From: Atractiella rhizophila
Lineage: Eukaryota
Direction of reading: 5' to 3'
Assembly: GCA_021432655.1 (NCBI GenBank)
Contig: MU271338.1
Span: forward strand, 1-57,704
Length of the DNA: 57,704 nucleotides
Part shown: in pieces, positions 12,102 to 24,700 of the stretch
Position numbering within the stretch: the first letter of the stretch is position 1
Layout of the letters: every line of letters begins with the position of its first letter
Notes under the pieces: model-generated
Told to the model about the DNA's origin: nothing
Database searches by the model: none
What the model saw: only the letters and a program-made list of their open reading frames with translations
Position numbers and translations under genes: made by a program

Positions 12102-15100
12102 ATCACACGGTTTAAAGGGGTTTGGTTTGGAGCAGCTGAAGCATTAGTTGTTGGAGGAACTAGACCAGTCGGTTTGGGTTTTCGCGCCGACAACTGTCCA
12201 AGAAGCATTTGCAACCTGAAATCATCGATATGAGCACGACCACATGCAGATGTGAGTGGAAAGAATGACTAACCTTTTGGGCAGCCGTGGCTGCACATAA
12301 GCACGCTGACGCGGATTAAGTTGATTTGCGGTAGCCGCAGCCTGAGCCTGCTGAGCAGCTATCCTCTTTTTCTTCGTTCTTCCTGCAGGATTTCCATCAG
12401 ACCCTTCGTCCGCTGTGGTCTAGAACCCGTCGGCTTGACCCAGCCCGCACCTCCTTTCGCATCACCGCCTGACTCCCAAACGCTCAATAACGGTAAGGAC
12501 TCCGCTTCCTTTGCTGATGCAGCACGCTCAGCAGCCAATTGCTCCGCATGCGCGTGCGCTTGAGACTGTAACACCTGAGCCTGCCTCTCCGCTGCTTTGA
12601 TCGCTTCGGCTACCTTCGATTCAGCTTCCTGATTTGTTTTAACGAAGGAGCGGTTCGGTCTTCCTCCTTTACCCATGGCGCAGGTTTAGTAATAGCTGCA
12701 GCTAGCGCGGCTCGAGGTTGTTCGTGGAAGAAGGTAGTGCTTGAAGCCTGGGCGCTGCCGGAAGATTTGACTGCTTGGAACTGGGCTGGAGTGACGACGG
12801 ATACCTTTCCAGACGTAACTTGGGACGGTACAAGCTCAGGAATTGAGTCTGAAGGCGGTGGCGGGTCCGCAACTGGATTTGAGTGTGTCTTCATGACCAC
12901 AGATTGCCACGGTCCTGATTCCTCTTCTGCTTCAAGGGGGGCATCGGAGCTGTGGACACTTGTTGAATCTCTTGTCTGGTCAGCGAGTGTTGCGCAACGG
13001 TGACGTCTGCTTGCTGTGGTGCAGGAGCACGTATCTGAGAGGGCATGATGGACTCGTCTTCCTGGGCGAAATGGTGGCGCTAAGATTGGAGTGACTGTTC
13101 AAATGCGACGGGGGAAGAGTTAAGCTCATCTAAACAGGGAATGTAAACTAGGGAATGGGGACTCGTGAATTACATCTGTACCAGTGCCAGCAAGAGGTGC
13201 AAGGCCCACACTCCCCTCTCTTTGATTCCGCTGCAAGTGAGGCAGGGGACCCAGAGGATCGAAACTCCCTTGAGCGGGAAGTACCTGGGACCACGGTCCA
13301 GGTGGGCTCGTCATAGGTGGTGTGGATTTTTTTTGGCCGTCAAACCCCATTCGGGGGAAGGGCAGCAGGGGAGTGTTGAGGGAATCGATCAAATAACCCT
13401 GGCGAGGTGGGACCCGTCACACCTTGCGTGTGTGTGGGATGAGAAACATGGGTTGAAGGGGATGTAGAAGCGAAAGAGTCTTTCATGGGAAGGCGCAATT
13501 GCAGATATTGTTGAGCATATTCGCGAAGAAGATTCTGGCGTTCTCGCTCGTGCGACTGACACGACGCCAAGGGCAGCGAGGAGATCAGCCTGCTGCCTCG
13601 AAGTGAGAGATTGCTGCTGGGTCCCATATACTCCCGCTCCGTTTAACCTCTGTTGCGCTTAGGCCGCCAAAAGCGACATCTCCAGTTCCTGTACATCCTG
13701 CTATCCGATTGACAGGCCCACACTTCCCCTCCTTATCGGCTCCAATCCTCCAGATCCCATCCATGGGTCTCCTTTCTGAAGCTCAGGAGAGAATGTTTCC
13801 CTGCCGGGCAAGGGGATAGACATACTACGGCCAGGGGGAGAGGTCGCCTGCCGCAGAAGAGCTTGGATCTCCTTTTGCTGTTGCTGTTGCACTTGCTGGG
13901 GTATCCCAAACGCGTGGTAACCGGCAAAGATAGAGGAAGATTGTTGTTGCGTTGTTGCAACTTCTCTAACAATAGATTTGACTGGCAATCCAACTCCGCT
14001 CCTCCTCGTCCTTCCATAACATTTCCACTGCGAGACATCTCATAAACCCCCTCTGCTACTCGCACTCCTCCTCTTCTAGTCATCGAAACTCCTTGGTCGA
14101 GCAATAGATCGCTACCTCGTCTCTCCCCTCCAACTCGCAAAGCCGCGCGCACATCCTCAATGGGAGCATTGTGCATCAGCATCATTTCTCGCCTAGCCCA
14201 GAAGTCCTCATCTGACGACCCGATCTGAACCGGCGGCACCAGCTTGAAAAAGGGTTCTTCGTCGGTTCCCACCCTCACAATAAAGTCCACAAGCTGCACA
14301 AAATCTGATCCTCTCCCAGTTGCTTCACCAGCAAATCGTCCGGAAAGTAAGAGCGCGAATACCAATCCTGCATCTGCGTTGCACTGAATGGTCCTTGCAC
14401 TTGGCCCTTGGGATCGCGATACTCCCATTTCGCATTCATAGGATTCTGGGATGGGGCTCTTGGGGAGGAGAAAGCCGGGTGGAGCTTTGAGTTGAGAATG
14501 GGAGGGACCAAGCAGATCGCTCGATCTCCTGCTAGTACTCGGGACCGGTTTCTCTAGAACCTGATTGTGCCCCAGGAGTTGATCCATCTCTGCCTCCTCA
14601 TCCGCTTCATTCAGCCATAAATTTCGGACGTCAGTTAGGGTGGGTTAGGTCCAAATCGGAAATCGCGTTCGGGGACAGAGGAAAGGAAGGTCGAGGCTTG
14701 GAATGTCGGCTGCTGTTGACCAGATAAGGCATCGGGTTGCGGGGCTGGAAGATACGAAGTAGAGAGCAGAGAGCAGAGGGTGGGAGAATGGGGACAATTG
14801 TTGTCGCGATTGGCTGGAAAGGGGAGGAGAAAAGGTAGAGGTGGGGAGAATGGTGGAAAGCAGAGGATCGGCTACAGGGGAGATAGCAGGCAGCTCGAGG
14901 TCTTCTTTCGCTGTTGCTACTTTGACACCCCAAGTTTCCTGTTGTTCATCTGGCGGCTTCGCTTGAACCGTCAACTCCCCTTGCTTATTCGTCTGCAAAT
15001 CGTCCACCTGCTCTTCCCAGCTATTAGGCGGTTCTTCTGTTGCCTCAGCCGCTTTCTCAGCGCCAGTCTTCGTAGCGTCTCCATTGGCCCTCTCCTATAC

Positions 15101-15680
15101 ACGTCCGGAGCTAACAAACCCAACCCTTCCCTATCAGCCTCTCCCACCGTTTTTCTCCTCCACATCGCAGGTCCCCATGCATGCCCACTTCCTTCTTTTG
15201 CCTTCTGACTCCACTTGTTATCTACTCCCTCCTTCAAATTAGTCGCGTTTGCTGTGGGAAATGTGGGGCTCTCGTTCAGAATAGATTCGCGAATGTTGAA
15301 GGAGGAGGAGGTCATGCAGTTTAGGGAAGGAGGAGGTATCGTGCCAACGCCGGAGGCGGATGGCGTACGTTGAGGGAAGCGGGAGGATATTGTGTCTTGA
15401 AGGTCGCCAGTAATTCTAACCTAGCAAACTTGAAGGAGGAGTGTAACTAGCCACCACCGTCACTCTCCTCTGCTCCTCTGCTCCTCCCTAACTGAAACGT
15501 CCTACCTCCGACTCCGTGCCGTTCCCTCCAACACCTGCTATCACTCCTCCCAATGCAGGTTTATCTCAGTTCTACCCTGATTCTCGGTTCTACCCATATT
15601 CTGAGTTCTACCTAGTTCCAACGTCTCCATCAGATGCCCCGTCGCCCCTCTGGGCGTCGAATTGAGGAGAAAAGACATTT
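12102..15680 (-). pseudogene. GYF-domain protein (Smy2/GIGYF-like) pseudogene, truncated at both ends
   Basis: GYF domain KWEYRDPKGQVQGPFSATQMQDWYSRSYFPDDLLVK (~14330-14430), PSLKQI and KGLMEILQEE motifs, Q-rich tracts. Coding sequence hops across many frames without splice signals. One intron retained at 12216-12273. Confidence 0.8.
15564..15617. repeat. 3x 18-bp tandem repeat
   Basis: tctcagttctaccctgat / tctcggttctacccatat / tctgagttctacctagtt. Reads GRTQNM-GRTENQ-GRTEIN on the minus strand. Confidence 0.8.
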
Positions 15681-15848
15681 TACTGATGTTCCAACAATTT
15701 CACCACTCTTTTGGACAAGAGCCTTACTGGTAGACTTATATCGTTGAAATCACTGTAGCTTGGAAGTCAGGAGTGCACTGTACCTTTTTCCCTCTTTGTA
15801 CTCGCACTTTTATGGGCAAATGAGTTTACATTTATGATAGGCTTTTCG

Positions 15849-17483
15849 ATGGCGTCGATTCAATCGCTCCCTGTTGAGCTGCTACTCCAGATATTCGAAA
15901 TACTTGCCACCCACTGGATCGAAGAACGACGAGATTACACACGCGATAGGCATCTGCCATCTGTCTGGTTAACTACGCGATCGAACAGCCAAATCCTACC
16001 TTGCTCGCTGGTGTGCAAACAATGGAGCGAGCTCTCCCTACCCTATGTCGATTGGTTGCTTAGACTTTCTACTGCGAATATGGACGGGATTCTTTCGTTC
16101 ATACGCCACTCCCCCACGCGTCGAGCCAGCATTAAACATCTGTTCGTTAACTTTCCAAAATCGTCGCAAGAATCCGGAGACGTAAATTGGACGGCGCTTT
16201 GGGATGTTTTCAGCGAAGTCTTAACATCTGTGGGTGATCAGCTTCAAACCATGGATGTCATGCTGTGGTGGATGAAGCGTCCAGCACCAGAAGCTCGTAT
16301 TCGATTGCCCTCGAATTTAAGACGTCTTTGGGTGCGAACGAGTAGCGGTATGACCAATCCAGTTCTTCAAGATTGGTTTACCGGTCTGGAAGAATGCAAA
16401 TATTTGCGATACCTCCACTTACGAGATGTTTATGCATCGCTCTCCTCCCCAGCTCCGTTTGCACTCTACGAACTCACTATCAGCGCTATTCTGCCTCCAG
16501 AGCCGGCTTTTTTCTCGGCGTCAGCGAGGACTCTGAAATCTCTTGCAGCATTCCGATCAGCGAGCTTCGACAGCGAAACATATCTTCAATTCTGGCGCGC
16601 GTTCTTCCCACTCCTCTACCTCATCAAAGACACTCTGGAAGAGCTGGATATGAACGGGCGTTCCGACGACATCTGGTTGCGCTATGTTGGAGAAGATCAA
16701 CTCGTCGCTCCGATCTTACCACGTTTAGTGACGCTTAAACTGTCCACAGACTTCTTAGGAAACCTAGTTGATTCTTTCCCAGACCTCCGCCTCTCATCGC
16801 GTTTGGTGAGATTGAAACTAAAAAACGTCCCAATCATGTCGACAACGCAGGATACGCAAGGTCGAGCGTTCCAATGTAACTTCCAGCATTTGCAGAGATT
16901 GACAATCCGTGGAAGTACCGAGGACTTATCGATTGGGATGGCACAAATTGTCTTTGATCCCATATTGCGTCCTCAGAGGCTCATGCGACTTGACACCAAT
17001 GTAACAACATTCAAATCTTCAGAGGAACTCAAATCTTTCCTGCAGATGACACAACCCCGAATGCTCGACATCTCTGTTGAAAAGTCTTTCGAGGTCTTGG
17101 ACTTTCTCCTCACATCAGGTCACACTATCCCTGACATCCAAGAGATGTCCATCGCGGGCAGATTCTCCAGTTCGTATTTTAGTTCCTCGTCATTCACAGA
17201 GGGTTCTTGTGCTGCCAAACGTCTCAACTTCGGGTTCTGTATTTCGTCAAGATTCGACAGTCAAGGATTCGAACCTCTGACCGCCTATCTTTCTGGCGTA
17301 GCCTGGACGGATCAGTTGGAAACACTGACTTTTGAAAATCTGGCCGCGCAACGTCCAACCGTTCTATTGGACGAAGGGCCTTGGTCAGACCATAAAACAT
17401 TGACAGAACGACTTGGATCAAGATTCGTGCTCAAAGGACTAGGATTTTGTAGTTACGAAGAGGCGAGGAAAGAGGCAGTCTGA
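15849..17483 (+). CDS. Intronless F-box-like / RNI-like LRR protein
   Basis: Uninterrupted ORF of ~545-549 aa. N-terminal SLPVELLLQIFEIL...CSLVCKQW, then LxxLxL repeats. Confidence 0.85.
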   Translation: MASIQSLPVELLLQIFEILATHWIEERRDYTRDRHLPSVWLTTRSNSQILPCSLVCKQWSELSLPYVDWLLRLSTANMDGILSFIRHSPTRRASIKHLFVNFPKSSQESGDVNWTALWDVFSEVLTSVGDQLQTMDVMLWWMKRPAPEARIRLPSNLRRLWVRTSSGMTNPVLQDWFTGLEECKYLRYLHLRDVYASLSSPAPFALYELTISAILPPEPAFFSASARTLKSLAAFRSASFDSETYLQFWRAFFPLLYLIKDTLEELDMNGRSDDIWLRYVGEDQLVAPILPRLVTLKLSTDFLGNLVDSFPDLRLSSRLVRLKLKNVPIMSTTQDTQGRAFQCNFQHLQRLTIRGSTEDLSIGMAQIVFDPILRPQRLMRLDTNVTTFKSSEELKSFLQMTQPRMLDISVEKSFEVLDFLLTSGHTIPDIQEMSIAGRFSSSYFSSSSFTEGSCAAKRLNFGFCISSRFDSQGFEPLTAYLSGVAWTDQLETLTFENLAAQRPTVLLDEGPWSDHKTLTERLGSRFVLKGLGFCSYEEARKEAV

Positions 17484-18299
17484 AGGACCATGGAGAATGA
17501 TGATTCACTATAGATGTAGCATGTCCAATGAATACTGTATGTGCAACATTTGAACAATGTAACGACCTGTCTGATCCAAGAAACCGACAGCCGTAAGTCT
17601 TCCTCGTGCTGCAAACATTCTAGAGAAACTATCCCACTAGGCGCTTAAAGAAAAAACCACACTGATCACACTGATAACAATACAAACCGTTCATTAATTC
17701 GAATGGAACAAAGGAAAGAGACACAGAGAACAAACAGGGTAGACGATTGGCACATTTCGGGGAAGTTGGGTGAAGCGAGAGATCGTTTTATTGTGGTGCC
17801 CACTACCTGTCTTATCAGTTTTGACAAGCTTGACCGATTGCGAAGTGAAGCGAGCTTAGAAATGCACCGATACAAAGAGGAACTTGTTCCATGATCACAA
17901 GCTAACATTCAGCTAGTACTATCGCAACGAAATGCATGCAAGAGTACTGGAGGTGGTAGGCAAAAGCGGTGAGCAGACTTACCGCAATGACGCGAAGATT
18001 ACATCAAGAGAAGGAGCCGGGACATTGCCAGGAAAGGGCTTCTCGGGGAATGTTACAGTGGTTTGGGTTGGAGATATTGCTTTGGTTTGTACTCACTTTA
18101 TCGCAATTTCATTTTTCCTACAGCTACCTTCGCGACACTTCAATCCTGAACGCAGAGCATGTAGAGGGACAGTATGATGGTCAAAACGCTTCCTTGTGGC
18201 GTGAGCTATCACTCTCTCTCAAAGAAACCGTTGCTGTTTTCCTCGAAAGACGGTTAGCTGAACGGTTGTTTTAGGCTTGTTTCTTTGGGGTATCAAGTT

Positions 18300-18950
18300 A
18301 GGAGAGCAGTTCTACATTATCCTAGAGTGAAAACCGGACGGAGGAGTGGGGAGGACGAGGGATGGTGCCAGTGATGGACGATGGACTCGGCAAGCTTGGG
18401 GCTCAGTCATGTACGAGAACCTAAATGATGCCCACTTGACAAGGTACAAATAAATCGACAGAATCTGGAGGTTAGGTACCTCCAGGGCACGCACGACTGG
18501 GCCAGACACCACCAAATTAAGCTGATAACCTGCGATATAACTTCTACTAGTGGAATAGATGCCGTTAATACGCAGGAATCATTCTTGATCACGCTGCTCT
18601 CCAGCTTTGGGCGAAGTCTATCAAGGAAGAGAAGGAACGAGCTGGGGAGCCAGTCGAATGGAATGACTTCAGCTATGCCCTGCTCCCTTGGAATGAACTG
18701 CGATCGTTCCCAAAACCTTTGCAAATCAAACCCTTGGCGAAACCTCGAGGTTCACCTCTGGAGACGGGGCGCTACGTTAGCCCTTGCACCACCCCTTCGT
18801 TCAGCATGAACAACAGCCAATTTCAAAGTATGGAGTTCGATCAAGATAGTCTACCCAAGTGTAAACCGTCCAACAAGACAGCCCCGAAAGTTATTGAAAT
18901 GCTTGACCGACGTGGTGAGTTCAATTCATTATCATATGGTAAGCAAAATT
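18300..18950 (-). pseudogene. Possible decayed LRR/F-box-type gene fragment
   Basis: Short overlapping frames such as ALEVPNLQILSIYL and FLLFLDRLRPKLES. No continuous ORF. Confidence 0.25.
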
Positions 18951-19552
18951 GACGAAGGTTCAGGTGTTCCACATCATGGCTTGAACACGGCTTATGTTTG
19001 GGATGTGGAATAAGAATTTATGTTCTCTCTTATAATTGACCAGATATTATTCCTTGATTCAATGAAATGGGAATGCTATATGTAGTCTGATATGCTGTGC
19101 GCTATGTTACACTCACATTGTATTTCGAAACGGCTAAGGATCAGTTAAATCCAAGACGTCACTGGCGACTTGGAAGCGCGAGAGAAACCTTCAAAAAGTG
19201 TCAACCGCCTTCGATTTCCTGGTTGCTTTCTAACTTAAGCTGAACTTGAAACACCCGCCTGCTCTTGATCTTGTCTCTCTGCAAATAGGAAGGCAATCTA
19301 CCGATCTTAACCCGAAGGAGAGAGGTGGGACAGTTGACAAGACAAGTATGAAACCAACTATTCTGTTGAAGGAAAGGCATCACTGCTGCATTTGAGAGAG
19401 GAACTGCAATCTCCCCCTCCTGCGCTCTGCACTATTTACTGCACAAATTGTCACCGATTACAACCTAGATTCCTGGATAATACCTTTGAATTGTCGTTGA
19501 AAGTCACGGAACAGAAAGACGAGCCTCTAACCTGCCTATAGCATACGACCTA

Positions 19553-21452
19553 TTATTTTGCCCCTTGATCTTCCTCCCTCTTCGTTTTGAACGACCACCT
19601 TTGATAAGCTTCTGAATAACCATACATTATCTCAACTGATTGAGATTCTTCAGTCAATTCTATCCCGAAGGTCTTGCTCTCGTGGCCTTCCAAGTCCGGA
19701 TTTCGAGTCGCGAGCAGGAATTGGATGAAGTTAAGTTGGAATGCGCTTCGATTGCGAATGACAGATAGGAGACTAACGAAGGAAATTGCGAGCGTGACAA
19801 TAAATCCAGCGAGATAAGCCAAGAGGAGCGTTCGTTGATTATACGCATAGCGGATGAAGGACGAGGTCTGGAAGCACTGCGTTGTTGTAGATTGATTGAG
19901 AACGAGGGAGAGGACGCTAACTATCCCAGAATCAGAACTGCATGTTGCTCATGAATATACCGACTACTGAGATTATTCATGAGCTCCGGGAGAGCAGCAG
20001 AGAGTCCTTCAAACGTGGGACGGGTTGTGGAGTTTGAATTATAGAAGCGAGAATCCGATGAAAACGTTATCAAAGTGTCGTTGCTGGCCAACACTTGCTC
20101 TTCATCAATATCACTCGAATTTCCATGCACCCAATGAAGGAAAACAGAGCCATCAAGCATTTGAAAGACGCTATCTGAGATCCCGATCATGTTTAGCATC
20201 CCCCAAGACACGAAGTTCTCTCCAATCCCTTGAATGGCGCCTACGACTTCGGAGTTGTTCAAAATACCTCTAGCAGCGTTGGCAGAAGCTATCGGTGCAC
20301 CAATTTGAAGAGCAGTGGAGGTTATGGCGAGTGAATCGCCAGTTTGAATCACATGGATGGTATAATCGCCAACGTAGGGATTGCAAGTCAAGTTCCCGCT
20401 CATATCTTCTCCGAAGCGAATCTGAAGCTCATCGAGGGTCGCGCTGCGAAATGATTGGGCTGACCAGTAATAATCGGAAGACCCGACTTGATAGGTGTCT
20501 GAGTCTACGCCATGCCATGCTGATGCTGTACCGTTTGAGCATTGAAAAGCAGGTGCCTGAAAGCTCGTAGAAAATGTGCAGTTTGTGGATTGACAGTCTG
20601 CCTTCCAGTTTGCGAAAGGAGAGCCGGTAACGAGGACTCTGACGATTTCTTAGTTGGATAACTCGAGGAGGGGTTTGAACTCACCGTGAAGCGAGGCGTT
20701 TGATATCGCAGGTCCTAAGTAAACTTCCGCATGAAGTTCATCAGGAAAGCCAGGAACACTATAATAAGTGCTTTGGGTCTTTGCAATCTGCTGAAGGCTA
20801 GCAGGAACGGTGTATCCGGCCGCATTGGCCTGGTCGTCGAACTGGGCCAGAGAAACGGTTGGTACAGAACACATAACAATTTGAGAAGACTCTGTAAATG
20901 TTGTCGTAAGAGTCGCTGGGGTCACGATTCCCGACAAGCTGGCGAGGCGAAAGATGATCGAAATAGCGATGACCAATTTGGCAGTTCTCAGAAGAGTGAA
21001 GTTCAAAAACGACGTCGCTGAATCCTTCAGCTGAAACAGGTCGTTGACTTGGTCAATTGTCATCCACTTTCGCTTCACAGTGTCCCTTGTAGCTTCGCGT
21101 CATTCCTCCTCCTGGTAGAAAGTAAGACAACGAACCAACACAGCTGTCCAAAAGCAAGCGAGATCGCAGCTCCCGCAAAGTTTTGCCATAAGAAAGCTAG
21201 CACACTACCGATGCGAATCGACCATTCCTGCGAGACAGGGAAGTCGGTAGTGGCATGGCCATTGGCGTATGCGTAGAAGAAATGATGTCCCAGCGCCACG
21301 AGCACACAACCAAGCAGCCAGGAGGAGGAGAAGATGATCCACTTGAGCATCGGACGAGACTTGGTAGGACCTTGTGGTGCCCTGTAGGCGATCAAGTGGT
21401 TGACCATGACACCTTCGTCTGGGTGGTTGGTAGCAAGTGAGTCGTAAGGCAT
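19553..21452 (-). CDS. Uncharacterised fungal multi-pass membrane protein
   Basis: LVALGHHFFYAYANG...QEWSIRIGSVLAFL...AISLAFGQLCW, IVTPATLT, and a C-terminal TM followed by NFIQFLLATRNPDL. Multiple short introns. Confidence 0.8.
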
Positions 21453-21667
21453 TGGACCAGCGGCTGTGGAGAGACAGAGAGGTTTTTAAGAGGGTTGTGA
21501 GAGGGCGATGCAAGTAACATTCGGGACAGCCACCTGGATTCAGAGAATTGGAATCTGGCCAAAGGTATATTCGATGTTGGCCCGTTCTTGTGAGATTTCC
21601 AAGCTGCAGGAAGAACGACCACCATCTTCAAGTTTAGCTTTCGCTTTATTTCTTAACTACTGTGGCC

Positions 21668-22567
21668 ATGAGGTTTTTCCTCTTCTTCCTAGCTTATCTC
21701 GTACTCCTTGCTGGAGCTCAACCAAACCAAGGAACGATGGTCAGTCCCTATGAAGTAGATTGCGATTTCAGCTGTTGTTCCCAATTCTACCCAAATCCTT
21801 GTGAGTCTCGCCTTTTATTACGATGACCATGGAGCTGACATTGTCAGTGGTGGCATGTCAGACTGCTATCATCGTCGTGAACGGCACGGCACCGCCTTGT
21901 ATGCACTATGAGTTCCTCTCCTTTCAACTCTTCTGAAGCATAGTGGCATAGTCTCCAATTTCGAACTGGACATAGTCAACGGCACAAGCTTAGAATGGCC
22001 CTATTCCTTCTTTCTCGATGGCCCAGGCTACTTCAATTGGACTGTGAGTCCCGTTCTTGCCCTCCCAATCACAAGACCTTGATACGGTGAATACCACCAG
22101 GTCATCGCTCCCCCAGGGTCCACCCTCGAGTTCACAGCATATGGCGCTGGAGGTCCTCACGGTGGGATCTGCACCAATACGCTCGAGGTCATATCGTTTG
22201 TCTTCTCTGTTCTTCCTGCGTACCAAGCCCATGAAAGATTTCGCAGGGGAGATGATCAGAGCTGCCTAAACCAACCTTTTTCGTACGTAGGACCGTCGAG
22301 TGGACCCTCGTACTCATTCACGAGGTATGTTGTGGTTCAATGTCGTCACTGTCGTTTTGAACAGAAAGTAGCATCTCAAAAGTGACCAGCGTATCAGTGT
22401 CGCTAAAGCCAACTTCTGTAGAAGCGGCAACAACTCCAGCATTCTCTCTTGTTCCAACAACGACAAGTGCGTCAGCGCCAACTACAAGTTCCAACGCAAA
22501 AACAATGATCGTTCCTTGGCTTTTGATTATGGGTGGAGTGGGAGCTTGGATGATAGCTTCACTTTAG
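21668..22567 (+). CDS. Small secreted Ser/Thr-rich, probably GPI-anchored protein
   Basis: ATG at 21668 gives MRFFLFFLAYLVLLAGAQ (signal). Exons CQTAIIVVNGTAPP, GYFNWT and VIAPPGSTLEF. S/T-rich stalk and hydrophobic end IVPWLLIMGGVGAWMIASL. Confidence 0.75.
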
Positions 22568-22681
22568 ACTGACATAAACTCTGATTGATCATAATCTTGC
22601 CCAATTAATCGTTGCAAGGCATCCGATTGAACGAAAAGGTTGTCCTTAAGTAGGGAGGACGCTGCAAGAAGGGTTGACCTC

Positions 22682-23720
22682 TCAAAGAGGCAACAAAGAA
22701 AGCGCATACACATCGTCTGTTTTGCCAGTATACAAATATCCGTCCTGGATGAGCTGTTCAACTTCCTGGCGAACACTCGAGAGAGAAAGATGTGGAAGGA
22801 GGTCAGAAGCTATTGTCCTCAAAGGGAAGCCAGCATCAGGAATAGTGTCATGCAGGGCTTCGAGCAACTCCATGATTTGTTTCTGGGTGGCGTTGCGACA
22901 GGAGGTGTGCGGGGAGTCAAAAGCAGCGATCGAAGGTACGACCCATAATTGTCTACTTCGAGAGGTCAGCTGGTGGCTCTTCTCATAGAACTTTGACCCA
23001 GGAGCTTGGTGCAGGTGCCACCATCGAGGGACGTGCTAGTGGCTCTCACATGTTCTTCTCGTCTTCCCGCTTCATCACAGAGGAGAGACATACCTCTTCC
23101 TGGCTTAAAACAGCCACCCATTCCAAGCATGAATAAGCTTCGTCGCTGAAATTATCTCCTTCCAGTCCCAGCCTGGCGAGAGCTCTTCTAAGCGCTTGAG
23201 TGCTTGTTCCCATCAGCAGCTGGTCCTCGAATCCGGCGTTCGTCGTGTAACGAAATGATAGTTGAAATAAGGCTCCACTTCATGAAAGCTGAGGTGCTCA
23301 TGGAAAGATTTCATTCATGAGCTTAAGAGTTTGTAGGCTGATGTCGTGCTATTGGGGAAGTGCTGCAATTGCATCTTGGAGGATTTGAAACTTCTGAGTT
23401 GCTCGAGCGAGAGCAGAGATGTTGTGAGAGGCGACTGCGGGGCTCATGTTGTATTCTCAGCGACACGCGTTCCTCCACCAGCGACGAATCGGGATCCACC
23501 ATCCATTCCTTCTTCGCCATCAATTTATCGTCCAGATCCTCCAACAATCGCGTTTCCACTGCAGTCTCGAGATTCCGACGAATGAAGGACATAACGGCCC
23601 CCTTCAGAGGCAGGAGATCGAAGGGATCAGCGTCAGCCAGAATCGAAACTGTGAGATGCGTACCTTAAGACAAAGGATTCCGCAGCGTTTCCTATTTCGG
23701 AAGCGGGAACCTTAAAGCAA
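22682..23720 (-). pseudogene. Decayed fragment ending in an RPA32/Stn1-like winged helix
   Basis: GFPLRTIASDLLPHLSLSSVRQEVEQLIQDGYLYTGKTDDVYAL resembles the RPA_C wHTH. Upstream frames are broken by stops. Confidence 0.4.
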
Positions 23721-23957
23721 AAACATCGAAATAAGCCTTTTTCGGCCCCCCTCCACTTTCCTCCTCTTAAATCCTTTCTGAGGAGTCAGCACTAATCTGA
23801 ATCCGTGCCTTGGACGGCAGAGAATCCCTCCAATGGGAATGGGGGATTCTCTATGGCTTACTATGTATTTTTCGCTTTTTTCCTATTTTAGCTAATATTT
23901 CGCTTTGTTTACTTTGTTTACCTCATGTAACATACAAACCAAGTGAGTCCTGAGAGC

Positions 23958-24700
23958 CTATAAAAGGCCTCTCTCCTCCTCATTGAAACTCAGCTTTTTT
24001 CCACCTCTCCACTGCTTGATTTTGCACCTGACCGCAAAACTTAAGCCCGGAGTACCAGTAAGTTCCCTCAGTTCAATAGACTGTTGTAAAATAGAGTTGT
24101 GCCACGTGTTAAACACGCGTATACGAGACCGCGCAACGTTCTTGCAGAACCTTATAACTGTGAGGTTGCATGCACTTAAGCTCCTGCTTAAAGTTGAGCC
24201 TTAATCTCGCTATTAGCTTGAAGAGACATTAATTACTTAAACTCGCGTTTACCGCTTGAGCTTAATATTATCTTACATTGTTAGAAGGCCCAGCCTCACA
24301 GAAACGCAGTTGTGAGATTGAGAGAGAACCAAGCACCAATCCGCTTGCACCCTTGAAATTGTCGAGCAGCAACTTGTTAGCGATAGAGAGCATATCCAGT
24401 ACACTGGACGGGGCGCATATCGGTGAGAGAAATACTGAAACAAACTCACAAAGCAACACCAGGCGTAAATGAAAACTAATCCGCGGTTACGCTGTAACAG
24501 AGTTCCAACGAGGTACCTCCTTGGAGGCGAGGTTGCGAAACGGCTCCTTCATTTCGAAAGAATCAAATGGGAGTCAGCTGAAGGTACATCCATTACAACC
24601 CGCGTGCTCCCGCGGAAAGCTACCAACTGTTCCTCCATCGTCCATCAAATCAACTGATCCCTCCGCCGTCCACGTCGCATTCCGAGTAATAGGTCGATCG
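23958..24700 (+). pseudogene. Hypermutated gene or TE remnant, possibly HNH-type
   Basis: TATAAAA at ~23959, then KPGVPVSSLSSIDCCKIELCHVL (like the HNH_2 'ExCHI' motif), followed by several TAA/TAG stops and excess TTAA. Confidence 0.4.

Noticed and set aside
15638..15647. CCCGTCGCCC inverted match to the 12074-12083 repeat motif as a second element end
   Set aside because: A single 10-mer inside GYF-like coding sequence with no array or terminus; probably chance.
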